NCBI GenBank assembly: GCA_036389275.1
Contig: DASVQE010000009.1
Coordinates: 30,568 to 94,567, forward strand
Direction: 5' to 3'
Length of the DNA stretch: 64,000 bases
Source: Thermoanaerobaculia bacterium
Lineage (GTDB): Bacteria; Acidobacteriota; Thermoanaerobaculia; Gp7-AA8
Part shown: positions 36,023 through 46,075 of the stretch, one piece after another
Position numbering within the stretch: the stretch's first letter is position 1
Layout: each line of letters begins with the position of its first letter
Program-made: the position numbers and the translations under genes
The notes under the pieces: generated by a model
What the model saw: only the letters and a program-made list of their open reading frames with translations
What the model was told of the DNA's origin: nothing
Databases searched by the model: none

Positions 36023-36523
36023 GTGTATTACACTCGTGGCGTGACGCGCTGGGACAACATCGAACGAATCGTTGTTCCACCGCTAGCCTTTGCCTGCGTG
36101 TGCGCAACGTGGCTGTTGAAACTGTGGTACGACTCGAGCTCGTCGCGGGAGGAGCGGTTCTTCGCGTGGCGATCGGCAGTAGCCTCCTTCCGTTGGGAAC
36201 TCGCGGTGGCGTGCGGAACCTGTTGATGGCTCGGAATTGCCTCGCTATTCACCTTCGGCCGGGTGCTGATCTTTATTCGCAGCGCCAACTGGTACTTTGA
36301 AGTGGCCTGGATGTACTACTCCTCGCCCGGAATTGTGTTCTTCGCTGTTCCGCTACTGACCTTGGTTGGAAGCATTGCCCTCTGGCCGCCGCGGGCAAGA
36401 TCTTCGCCACCGCGCACTCTACTGACGGTCCTGTTCGGCGGCATCGGCACATTCGTTCTCTACCACCTATGGGCCGCGTTGTCTCGGGTCGCGTGCGAAG
36501 TTTGTTCCGGGCCGGCGCTGTAG
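36023..36523 (+). pseudogene. membrane-protein gene interrupted by one in-frame TGA (36224-36226)
   Basis: ORFs 36023..36226 and 36263..36523 are in the same frame. Read-through gives a continuous TM segment, LAVACGTC*WLGIASLFTFGRVLIF. Confidence 0.55.
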
Positions 36524-36676
36524 CGGCCCGCCGGGCTCCGATCGCCGGCGGAATGTCGTACTCTCGTTGTCAGTTGCGTGCGCGCGCCGTTCCCAGAGCA
36601 GATGGGGAGCAAGGTGATGTATGGGATGCGCATCGTGATATGTCGTGCGCGTTCATTGGTGCGCTACGCAATTGAA

Positions 36677-37264
36677 ATGGACAGACGCAATGGGGCATAC
36701 GAAGCCGACTATCCAGTCGGTACGACCGTTCGCATCAAGGACGTTGCCGAGCTTCGCGCGTTTCAAAGGACGTGGAAGCTCCACAATCCGCTGAGTGACG
36801 AGCAGCTTCAGTACGCAGGGGAGATGGCTATCGTGCAGGAGGTTGGCTTCTACCATGGTGGCGATGAGCGTTACACGTTGGCCGGTGTGCCTGGTATGTG
36901 GTATGAGCGCTGTGTGAGAGCGGACGCGGACGGCAGCGGTTCAGGGCTCGTTGAACGGGGCGGTCAAAGGGCACGCGACATTGCTGTGATCTGTGCTGCC
37001 GCGGGGCTGTTCGTGCTGCTCGCCGGTGGGATTTATGCCGGGCGTGCTCTGGAGCGAGAGTCGGCTGACCTTCATGGGCCGGTGGCCTTGATCGTTCTCG
37101 CGCCGGTGATCCTTATCTATACCGTCGGTGCGCTATTGCTCGCCGCAACCTGGATGAGGAACAAGCGCACCATGCCGGCGGCAGTGAGGATGATGGCGCT
37201 GGCGCCGACTGTCGTTCTTCTCATTGCAGCGACTCGTGCGTGCTTCCTACGGGTGCCGGTGTGA
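36677..37264 (+). CDS. hypothetical SH3-like domain plus 3-TM protein
   Basis: YPVGTTVRI...VGFYHGGDERYTL.GVPG.W.E.C followed by TM helices; ATG at 36677. Confidence 0.55.
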   Translation: MDRRNGAYEADYPVGTTVRIKDVAELRAFQRTWKLHNPLSDEQLQYAGEMAIVQEVGFYHGGDERYTLAGVPGMWYERCVRADADGSGSGLVERGGQRARDIAVICAAAGLFVLLAGGIYAGRALERESADLHGPVALIVLAPVILIYTVGALLLAATWMRNKRTMPAAVRMMALAPTVVLLIAATRACFLRVPV

Positions 37265-38288
37265 TGCTCGCGCCGTACGCGCGCACGAGCCGCTCCGCGG
37301 CGCGGGTGTAGCCGAATTCCAGAGACCGCTCGTAGACGGCGCGCGAGAGGTCCTGCGACAGCAGGGATGCGGCGAGCTCGGCGAGCGACTCGGGTGTCGC
37401 GGCGGCGGACACGTGCGCCGCGCCGGTGAGGACGGGCACGCCTTCCAGCGGGTACGACGCCGGCGGGACGCCGCAGGCCATGGCTTCGAGAATGGCACGA
37501 TGGCCTTCGTCCGAGCCGCGGGCGGTGAAGAGGAGGAGCGACGAGGCGCGGTAGTGCTCGGCGAGGTCGTCCTCGTGATAGCCGGCCCAGATCGGCTCGA
37601 TGCCGAGCGAGGCGGCGAGGTGCTCGAGGTGAGGGCGGTGCGGACCGTGGCCGATGATCATCAGGTGGACGTCGTCGCGCAGGCGGCGTAACGCAGCGAA
37701 CGTCCGCAGCACGTCTTCGAAGCCGCGCTCGGGCGCGAGCTTGCCGATGGCGGTGACGAGCTTCGGCGGCGCCGCGATGGCCGGGCCGTCGGGATGGAAC
37801 TGGCGGTGATCGACCGGCGGCGGCGTGAAGGTCGCGGTGCGCTCGCCGAAGAGCGGCGCGCCGGCGAAGGCGTCGTTGATAACGAACAGGTGCTGCGTGC
37901 GCGCGACCAGCGAGCGCGTGAACGGATCGGTGCGCAGCACGCGCCGCGCGTGAAACGTGCGCGCCAGCCGCAGCCGCGGATGGTCGCGCGCGGCCATGCG
38001 CGCCAGCCAGTGGTCGTAGGTGAGATGCGCGTGGATGACGTCGAAGCCGTGGCGATGGATCATCCGGTCGAGCGCCTCGACCGTGCGCAGAAACGAGAAG
38101 GGGTTCTGCCGCTTCTCGATCAGTGGATGGGCGAAGTCGTGATGCGCCAGCTTCGCCTGCAGCTTGTAGCCGCCGACGTACGCGTAGTGCGCGTCGATGC
38201 CCGCCGCGCGCAGCGCCTCGACCTCGGCGAAGGCAGGCGCCGCGGCGCCGGTCCAGCGGTTTCCCGCGGCGAGATGCAGAATCTTCAA
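37221..38288 (-). CDS. glycosyltransferase family 4
   Basis: MKILHLAAG..WTG, HAHLTYDH, IIGHGP and AILEAMACGVP. Confidence 0.9.
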   Translation of the reverse strand: MKILHLAAGNRWTGAAAPAFAEVEALRAAGIDAHYAYVGGYKLQAKLAHHDFAHPLIEKRQNPFSFLRTVEALDRMIHRHGFDVIHAHLTYDHWLARMAARDHPRLRLARTFHARRVLRTDPFTRSLVARTQHLFVINDAFAGAPLFGERTATFTPPPVDHRQFHPDGPAIAAPPKLVTAIGKLAPERGFEDVLRTFAALRRLRDDVHLMIIGHGPHRPHLEHLAASLGIEPIWAGYHEDDLAEHYRASSLLLFTARGSDEGHRAILEAMACGVPPASYPLEGVPVLTGAAHVSAAATPESLAELAASLLSQDLSRAVYERSLEFGYTRAAERLVRAYGASITPAPVGSTHESLQ

Positions 38289-38308
38289 TTTGCTATAGTG
38301 CCCGCGCC

Positions 38309-38545
38309 ATGGCCGTCGACCAGGAGTTGCTCCAGATTCTAGCCTGCCCGCTGTGCAAAGAAGAGGTGAAGCTGGTGCCGCTCGCCGACGCGCGCCGCGC
38401 CACCGTGCGCGACAAGTTCCGCGAGAAGTTCCGCGGTGAGGAGCCGGTGGTCGAGCAGGGACTGCAGTGCGTCAAATGCCGCCGCGTCTATCCGATCGTG
38501 AGCGACATCCCGGTGATGCTGGTCGAAGAAGCCTTCGAGGAATAG
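38309..38545 (+). CDS. Trm112-like (UPF0434) protein
   Basis: LLQILACPLCK...LQCVKCRRVYPIVSDIPVMLVEEA. Confidence 0.9.
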   Translation: MAVDQELLQILACPLCKEEVKLVPLADARRATVRDKFREKFRGEEPVVEQGLQCVKCRRVYPIVSDIPVMLVEEAFEE

Positions 38546-38547
38546 CG

Positions 38548-39726
38548 ATGAGCGCGTTGCTGCGCAACGCCGCCATCTTCTACGTCCTCCACATCCTCCT
38601 GCAGGGCAAGATCGCGCTCTCCGAGCAGACGCTCTTCTGGACGGTCTTCTGCCTCGGCTGGGCGATGGCGCGGCGCGAGGCGCGCTTCTCCTTTCACATC
38701 CTCTACTACCCGTTGGCGCTCTACGGCGTCGTCTCGACCGTCTCCGCGCTCGCCGCCGACCGCCGCGTGCACCAGGGTCTCGAAGGGATGCTCTGGTTCA
38801 AGATGCTCCTCTTCCCGGCCGCGCTGATGCTCTACCGCCAGGTGCCGCGCCTCCGGAATTACGTCCTTTCGGCATACACGCTCTTCGCCGGCGGCATCGC
38901 CGTCTGGGGTCTGCTGCAGTACATCGTCTTCGATCAGCGCGATCTCGAGCACCGCATCTCCGGACCGTCGACGCATGTGATGACCTACTCCGGACTGCTG
39001 CTGCCGCTCTCGCTGATGTTCCTGCTGCTCTGGTGGCATCAGCGCAAACCGTTGCAGCTCGCCACCGCGATCGTCGTGACCATCACGCTGCTGCTCACCT
39101 TCACCCGCAGCGTCTGGCTCGGCTGGGGCGCGGCGGTGTGCGCGGTGCTGCTGGTCAGCCGCGCGCGGTTGCGCATCGGCTTCTACGCGCTGCCGGTCGT
39201 GCTGGTGTTCATCACCGTGATGCCGCTGTCGCTCTTCAGCCGGATGATCTCGACCTTCGACACGCGTCAGGAATCGAACTTCGATCGCATCCGCATGCTC
39301 GAGGCAGGCGTCGAGATGATCCGCGATCATCCGCTCCTCGGCGTCGGACCGGCGAACGTGAAAGAGGTCTACGCCCTCTACCGCAAGCAGGACGCGCCGC
39401 GCGCGCGTCCGCCGCATCTGCACAACAACGTCGTGCAGCTATGGGCCGAGCGCGGCATCCTCGGCCTCGGCGCGTACCTGCTCCTGCTCGCGCTCTTCCT
39501 GCGCGAATGCGCGCGCGCCTGGCGCGGGCCGCAGCGGATGTGGGCGGAGATCGGCGTGGCGGTGACGGTCAGCCTCACCGTGGCCGGCCTCTTCGAGTTC
39601 AACTTCGGCGACACCGAGGTCTTCCTGCTGATGCTGAATCTCTTCGCGCTCTGCGTGGCCAACATGGAGCAGCCTGAGCAGGCCATGAATGAAGTGACGC
39701 CAGAGCTTGTTTCGACCGCCGCCTGA
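38548..39726 (+). CDS. O-antigen ligase (Wzy_C) family protein
   Basis: Multi-TM; LLTFTRSVW, HPLLGVG and HLHNNVVQLWAERG. Confidence 0.9.
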   Translation: MSALLRNAAIFYVLHILLQGKIALSEQTLFWTVFCLGWAMARREARFSFHILYYPLALYGVVSTVSALAADRRVHQGLEGMLWFKMLLFPAALMLYRQVPRLRNYVLSAYTLFAGGIAVWGLLQYIVFDQRDLEHRISGPSTHVMTYSGLLLPLSLMFLLLWWHQRKPLQLATAIVVTITLLLTFTRSVWLGWGAAVCAVLLVSRARLRIGFYALPVVLVFITVMPLSLFSRMISTFDTRQESNFDRIRMLEAGVEMIRDHPLLGVGPANVKEVYALYRKQDAPRARPPHLHNNVVQLWAERGILGLGAYLLLLALFLRECARAWRGPQRMWAEIGVAVTVSLTVAGLFEFNFGDTEVFLLMLNLFALCVANMEQPEQAMNEVTPELVSTAA

Positions 39727-39766
39727 GGAGCGCGCGCCGGTGAGGCGGCGCGAAACCTTTGCAACC

Positions 39767-40381
39767 ATGGCCGCGTCGAAACAACGAGAACCGGGCGAGA
39801 TGAAGCACCTGAGCGATCAGGAACTGATGCGCATCGTTCAGGCGGGCGACTACTCCCCGGCCTCGGAGATTTACGACCGCTACAGCGGGCGGATTTACAA
39901 CTTCGCGTTTCGATTCTTGAAGAACGCCGAGGCGGCCGAGGATGCGACGCAGGAAGTGTTCGTCAAGATGCTCAGGTATGCCAATCAGTTTCATGGAGAC
40001 GCCAAGCTGTCGACGTGGCTTTTTTCGATCACGGCCAACTGGTGCCGCGACTATCTGAGGAAAGCGGACAACAAGGCGAAGGAAAGCGACGACGTGCTGG
40101 TGACGCTGCCGGCGTCGAGCGACAACTCGCCGGACCGCAACCTCGAGCAGCGCGAGAACGAGCTGATGGTGCGGCGGGCGCTCGAGGCGCTCACGCCCGA
40201 GCAGCGCGAGGCCATCCTGCTCTCGCGTTACCAAGGGTTGTCGTACGCGGAGATCGCGCAGATCGCGGGATGCTCCGAAGGTGCGGTCAAGACGCGCGTG
40301 TTCCGCGCGATGGAAACACTCAAGAAGGCGCTCACCGGCCAGGCGAGCGGAGGTGACCGATGTCTGAATGCAGTGCCGTAA
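39767..40381 (+). CDS. ECF sigma-70 factor
   Basis: AEDATQEVF, LSTWLFSITAN, LSYAEIAQI and GAVKTRVFRA. Confidence 0.93.
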   Translation: MAASKQREPGEMKHLSDQELMRIVQAGDYSPASEIYDRYSGRIYNFAFRFLKNAEAAEDATQEVFVKMLRYANQFHGDAKLSTWLFSITANWCRDYLRKADNKAKESDDVLVTLPASSDNSPDRNLEQRENELMVRRALEALTPEQREAILLSRYQGLSYAEIAQIAGCSEGAVKTRVFRAMETLKKALTGQASGGDRCLNAVP

Positions 40382-41412
40382 CGCAAAGCATGCCGCTTCT
40401 GCTGACCGAGTCGCTCGACCCGGTGCGGCGTGAAGTGTCGCATCAGCACATCGAAAACTGCGCCGTCTGCGGCGCGGAATGGGCCGCGTACAAAGAGACG
40501 TGGTCGTTCCTGGGCGAGCTGCCCGAGGTGGAAGTGCCGGCGCGCGTGCGCACGCGCTTCCTCGAAGCGGCCGGACTGGCCGCACCGGTTGCGAAGGACA
40601 ACGTCGTGGCGTTCCATCGCCGTCCGGCGTTCAAGTGGATGGCGCAGGCGGCGGCGGTGGTGATCCTCGCCGGCGGCGGCTATCTGGCCGGCACGCGCGG
40701 CTCGCAGGCCGTCGCACCGTCGTCGACCATCGCGCAGACGCCGGCGAAGATCACCCGCGTGCAGGCGCGCAGCCCGTATCAGCCGGTCTCCGCCGACGGC
40801 ATGGCGCTGGCCGAGACGCGCGTGCTCGACGCCGACGCGCTCAGCCCCGAGATCCAGGGACGTCCGAACATCGCCAACGTGCAGTTCGTCGACGCCGACC
40901 CGAGCGACGAGCAGATCGGCGTCTCCTTCGACGTCACCTCGCGCTGGACCGTCACCGGCAATCCGAAGGACAAGAGCATGGTGCGGCTGCTGTCGTACAT
41001 GCTCGAGAACGAGGAAACGATGACGCCGCGCGGCAACGCCCTCGACTGGGTGCGCCGCACCTACTCCGATCCGGCCAACGCCAATCCCGACATCGCCAAC
41101 GCGCTCGCGAAAGTGCTGCGCAGCGACTCGCACGAGGGCGTGCGCATTCGCGCGCTGGAGACGCTGTCGACGCTGCCGCCGGCGGTGGCCATGCAGACTC
41201 GCGACGCCGTCATCGACGCGCTGAAAGACGATCCGAATCCCGCCGTGCGCATCAAGGCGGTGGAAGTGCTCGCGAACATGGTGCGCGGCGGCGGCGCCAC
41301 ACTCGATCCGGCCATGGTGGACACGCTGCGGCAGAAGGCGTCGCAGGGTGACGAAAACCTCTACGTACGCGTCAAAGCAGCCGAGGCTCTGAGCAACATC
41401 CGACCGCAATGA
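40360..41412 (+). CDS. zf-HC2 anti-sigma factor with C-terminal HEAT repeats
   Basis: HIENCAVC, a TM segment, and HEAT repeats SHEGVRIRALETL and DPNPAVRIKAVEVL. Confidence 0.88.
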   Translation: MSECSAVTQSMPLLLTESLDPVRREVSHQHIENCAVCGAEWAAYKETWSFLGELPEVEVPARVRTRFLEAAGLAAPVAKDNVVAFHRRPAFKWMAQAAAVVILAGGGYLAGTRGSQAVAPSSTIAQTPAKITRVQARSPYQPVSADGMALAETRVLDADALSPEIQGRPNIANVQFVDADPSDEQIGVSFDVTSRWTVTGNPKDKSMVRLLSYMLENEETMTPRGNALDWVRRTYSDPANANPDIANALAKVLRSDSHEGVRIRALETLSTLPPAVAMQTRDAVIDALKDDPNPAVRIKAVEVLANMVRGGGATLDPAMVDTLRQKASQGDENLYVRVKAAEALSNIRPQ

Positions 41413-42971
41413 AAACCCGCGTCCTAGCCGCAGCGATCGTCGTCCTCGCCGCCGCCGAGCTTTCGGCCGCGGTGAAGAAGACCTTCCGCGTCGATCAGAA
41501 ATTCACGCTCGCGCCGGGCGGCACGTTCGTGCTGGAGAACCCGGTCGGCAACATCGAGATCACCGGCACCGACACGCCGGGCATCGAGGCCGTCGTGCTC
41601 AAGACCATCGAAGGCGCCGACGACGCCGCGATCGCTGAAGGGAACCAGCAGACCGCGCTGATCGTCGGCGGCGACGAGCGCACGCGCGTGCTGCGCACGA
41701 CCGTCAGCCCGAACCGCACGCGCGACTGGGGCGCGAACGTCGCCTGGCAGTTGCGCGTGCCGCGCTCGGTGTTCGTGCGCGTGGTCTCGAACTCGAGCCA
41801 GCAGATCCGCCTCACGAACATCACCGGCAACGTCTACGTGAAGAACTTCAACGGCGCGATCGTGCTCGACAACGTCAGCGGCGGCACGACGGTCGAGAGC
41901 GTGAACGGCTCGATCGTCTACCGCACGCCGGTGCCGCACGGCAACGTCGCGCTGTCGACGGTGAACGGACACGTCACCGCGAGCGTGAAGCCGAACACCG
42001 ATCTGCGCTGGGTGGCGGAGACGATCAAGGGCTCGATCCGCACGACGCTGCCGGTGCGCGGCCGTTTCTTCGGGCCGACGTTCCGCGGCAGCCTCAACGC
42101 GCCCGGCGGTCCGACGCTGACCACGGTCACGCTGATGGGCAACGTCGATCTGGTCGGCAGCGGGACGTCGGCGAAGGCGGCGGTGCCGCTGCAGCAGGTC
42201 AAGACCATCGACAGCGTGCGCGCGCCGCAGGCGCCGGTCAACGCGGGCCCGGCCACTCCGCGCGCCGGCACGTTCGCGCAGCCGCTCGTGCGCGGGATCT
42301 TTCGCTACGCCACGAACCTCGGCGACGTGAAGGTGCAGCAGATCGACGGCGACGCCGACGTCTTCACCGGCGCGGGCGAAGTGGAGCTCGGCGCGGTGAG
42401 CGGCTCGTGCAAGGTGCGCTCGCTCGGCGGTCCGCTGATCCTCGGCGAGATCCTCGGCACGCTGAACGCCTCGACGCGCGCCGGCGACGTGCTCATCGAC
42501 TCGGCGCGGCGCGGCGGCTCGATCATCACGGCTGGCGGCACGATCCGCCTGCTCTACACGGCTGGCCCGACGCGCCTCGTCTCCGGCGGCGGCGACATCA
42601 CCGTGCGCCAGGCGCTCGGCGCGATCACCGCGGAGACGCGCTCGGGCGACGTGGTGGTCACGCTCGACCGCGACTCGAAGACGGAGCACATCGAGATGAA
42701 GTCGGCGAAGGGGAATCTCAGTCTCAACGTGGCGCGCGGCTTCGGCGCCGACATCGAAGCGATCATCCTCACCACCGATCCCGCCGGCGACACGATCGTC
42801 TCGGAGATCCCCGGCCTCTCGATCAGCAAGGAACAGGACCCGGAAGGCCGCACCCGCGTCCGCGCCACCGGCAAGCTCAACGGAGGCGGCGAGCGCGTGG
42901 TCCTGCAGACCACCGACGGCGACATCAGGATCAACATCGCGCCGGCAGGCCCGACGGTGGTGGGAAGGTAG
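41409..42971 (+). CDS. secreted DUF4097 beta-strand-repeat (adhesin-like) protein
   Basis: Signal peptide; repeated xxNGxI / TxxGDI beta strands in two domains. Confidence 0.82.
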   Translation: MKTRVLAAAIVVLAAAELSAAVKKTFRVDQKFTLAPGGTFVLENPVGNIEITGTDTPGIEAVVLKTIEGADDAAIAEGNQQTALIVGGDERTRVLRTTVSPNRTRDWGANVAWQLRVPRSVFVRVVSNSSQQIRLTNITGNVYVKNFNGAIVLDNVSGGTTVESVNGSIVYRTPVPHGNVALSTVNGHVTASVKPNTDLRWVAETIKGSIRTTLPVRGRFFGPTFRGSLNAPGGPTLTTVTLMGNVDLVGSGTSAKAAVPLQQVKTIDSVRAPQAPVNAGPATPRAGTFAQPLVRGIFRYATNLGDVKVQQIDGDADVFTGAGEVELGAVSGSCKVRSLGGPLILGEILGTLNASTRAGDVLIDSARRGGSIITAGGTIRLLYTAGPTRLVSGGGDITVRQALGAITAETRSGDVVVTLDRDSKTEHIEMKSAKGNLSLNVARGFGADIEAIILTTDPAGDTIVSEIPGLSISKEQDPEGRTRVRATGKLNGGGERVVLQTTDGDIRINIAPAGPTVVGR

Positions 42972-42978
42972 AGGCGAC

Positions 42979-43086
42979 GAGTTCCTCGGAGTTCCTCGGG
43001 AGTTCCTCGGAGTTCCTCGGAGTGGATTGGGGCCGGGGTTTTTCTCCTCCGAGGAACTCCGAGGAACCGAGGAACTCCGAGGAACT
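42979..43086. repeat. palindromic element with tandem decamer arms (GAGTTCCTCG x4 / CTCCGAGGAA x4)
   Basis: Same core as 15258-15354; both right arms start TCTCCTCCGAGGAAC. Confidence 0.9.
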
Positions 43087-43135
43087 GGGCGCGCCAGCGC
43101 CCGTGCTAGCATGCGCGCCTCACGGAGGTGAATGC

Positions 43136-43855
43136 GTGAAACATCTCTTTTTTGGCGCGCTGCTTCTGACGTTTGCCTGTGCCCGCGGCGGCGACAACGC
43201 TGCTACGACTTCGTCCGATCTGGCGCCGGCGTCGGAGGTCAGCGCGACCGAAACCGGCGCGGCGCAGAGCACGTCGTCCGCGCCCGCCACTGACACGACG
43301 GCGTCCGCGCCGCAGGAGCAAGCATCGATGAGCAGCTACGAGAACAAAGTCGCCGAACTCCACACGTCCGCCGGTGAGATCGACATCCGCTTCTTCCCGG
43401 ACGTCGCCCCGAACCACGTCAAGAACTTCATCGACCTCGCCAACAAAGGCTTCTACAACGGCACGAAGTTCCACCGCGTCATTCCCGGCTTCATGATCCA
43501 GGGCGGCGATCCGAACACCGTCTCCGGCGATCCGAACAGTTGGGGCGTGGGCGGCTCCGGCTCGAATGTGAAGGCGGAGTTCAACACGATCTCGCACAAG
43601 CGCGGCATCGTCTCGATGGCGCGCGCGCAGCATCCCGACAGCGCCTCGTCGCAGTTCTTCATCGTCGTGGCCGACTCGCCGTTCCTCGACCGGCAGTACA
43701 CCGTCTTCGGCCAGGTGACCAAGGGCATGGAGATCGCCGACAAGATCGTCTCCGCGCCGCGCGGCCCGAACGACCGCCCGAACAACCCGACTACCATCGA
43801 CCGCGTGGTCATCCGCGACGCGCGTGAGGACGAGAAAGGTCCGACGCCGAAATAG
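43136..43855 (+). CDS. cyclophilin-type peptidyl-prolyl isomerase, lipoprotein
   Basis: RBS GGAGGTG, GTG start, lipobox TFAC, FHRVIPGFMIQGGDP, SMARAQHPDSASSQFFI and YTVFGQV. Confidence 0.93.
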   Translation: MKHLFFGALLLTFACARGGDNAATTSSDLAPASEVSATETGAAQSTSSAPATDTTASAPQEQASMSSYENKVAELHTSAGEIDIRFFPDVAPNHVKNFIDLANKGFYNGTKFHRVIPGFMIQGGDPNTVSGDPNSWGVGGSGSNVKAEFNTISHKRGIVSMARAQHPDSASSQFFIVVADSPFLDRQYTVFGQVTKGMEIADKIVSAPRGPNDRPNNPTTIDRVVIRDAREDEKGPTPK

Positions 43856-43861
43856 GCGGCC

Positions 43862-44843
43862 GTGAGCGCTCTCCCCGAAGAAGCGGCGGCATATCTCGAC
43901 CAGTGGCTCGGCGGCGGATGGTCCGCCGCGCCGCTCGCCGGCGACGCCTCGGTGCGCGCGTACTACCGCGTCACCGACGCCGCCGGCCGGCCGTACATCC
44001 TCGCCTACTATCCGAGCGAGGTGCGCGCGCAACTGCAGCGCGCCGTCGACGCCTATCGCGCGCTCCAGCAGCACGCGCCGCTGCCGGAGGTGCTGCAGCA
44101 GTGGGACGCGGCCGTGCTGCAGCACGACGTCGGCGACCGCACGCTCTTCGACGTGCTGCATGAAAATCGCGACGAAGGGCTGCGCCTCTACCGCGCGGCC
44201 GTCGAGCTGCTGGCCGGCTTTCAACGCGCCGGCGACGCCTGCCTCAACGAGCCCTTCACCGCCGACTTTTTCTTCAACGAGCTGGAGATGGCTCGAGAGT
44301 TCTTCGTCGAGCGGCTGATGGACAGCTCCGCGGACGGGCTGGAACCGCTGCTGAGAACGTTGTGCGAGAACGTGTCACGACATCCGTACGTGTTATGTCA
44401 TCGCGATTATCACGGCCAGAATTTGCACGTAGTAAATGACACGCTGTATCTGATCGATTATCAGGACCTGCGCATGGGGCCGGACACGTACGACATGGCC
44501 TCGCTCCTGCGCGACCGCGCCGTGGCCCGCGTCCTCGGCGACGACGCGGAGCTCGAGCTGCTCGAGCACTACGGCCGCCTCATCGGCGCCGCCGGCAATC
44601 TCCGCGAGCGCTACTTCGAGACGCTCCTGCAGCGCTCGATCAAAATCCTCGGGACGTTCTCCAAGCAGCCGATCGTACGCGGGCGGATGCACTACCTCGA
44701 CTTCATCCCGGCCACGCTCGAGAGCATCTCCCGCTGCCTCGATGAGCTTCCGCGCTACGCCGGACTGCGCGAGCGCTTTCCACTCCGCTTCGATCTCGAC
44801 GCCGCGCGCGTCCGTGCACAGGAATTGAACAGAGACTTCAGCG

Positions 44844-44857
<14 letters not shown>
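43862..44857 (+). CDS. aminoglycoside-phosphotransferase-fold kinase, AmgK-like anomeric MurNAc/GlcNAc kinase
   Basis: LAGDASVRAYYR, HRDYHGQNL, IDYQD and YDMASLLRD. Confidence 0.78.
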
Positions 44858-45872
<1,015 letters not shown>

Positions 45873-45879
45873 TGCGAAA

Positions 45880-45907
45880 GATGAACGCGGAACGATGAAC
45901 GATGAAC
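45880..45907 (+). repeat. heptamer tandem repeat (GATGAAC x4, one degenerate) lacking an inverted partner
   Basis: GATGAAC GCGGAAC GATGAAC GATGAAC directly after icd. Confidence 0.75.
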
Positions 45908-45945
45908 AACAGCCTGGTGCAAAGTCGCGACACGTTTCGCACGTT

Positions 45946-45963
45946 TCGCAGATTGATCTGCAA
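45946..45963. promoter_or_regulatory. candidate operator, copy 1 (TCGCA-N8-TGCAA)
   Basis: Palindromic half-sites upstream of the HTH-TPR gene. Confidence 0.4.
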
Positions 45964-46075
45964 CGCGGGGGCAAACGTTCGTGCGGCGGCGGTTTCGGCG
46001 CCGATTTGGAACATATTAGAGCCACCTCAAGCGCCAGGGTAGGGATATCGCGGGAAGTCGCACTCCTCCAACGGA

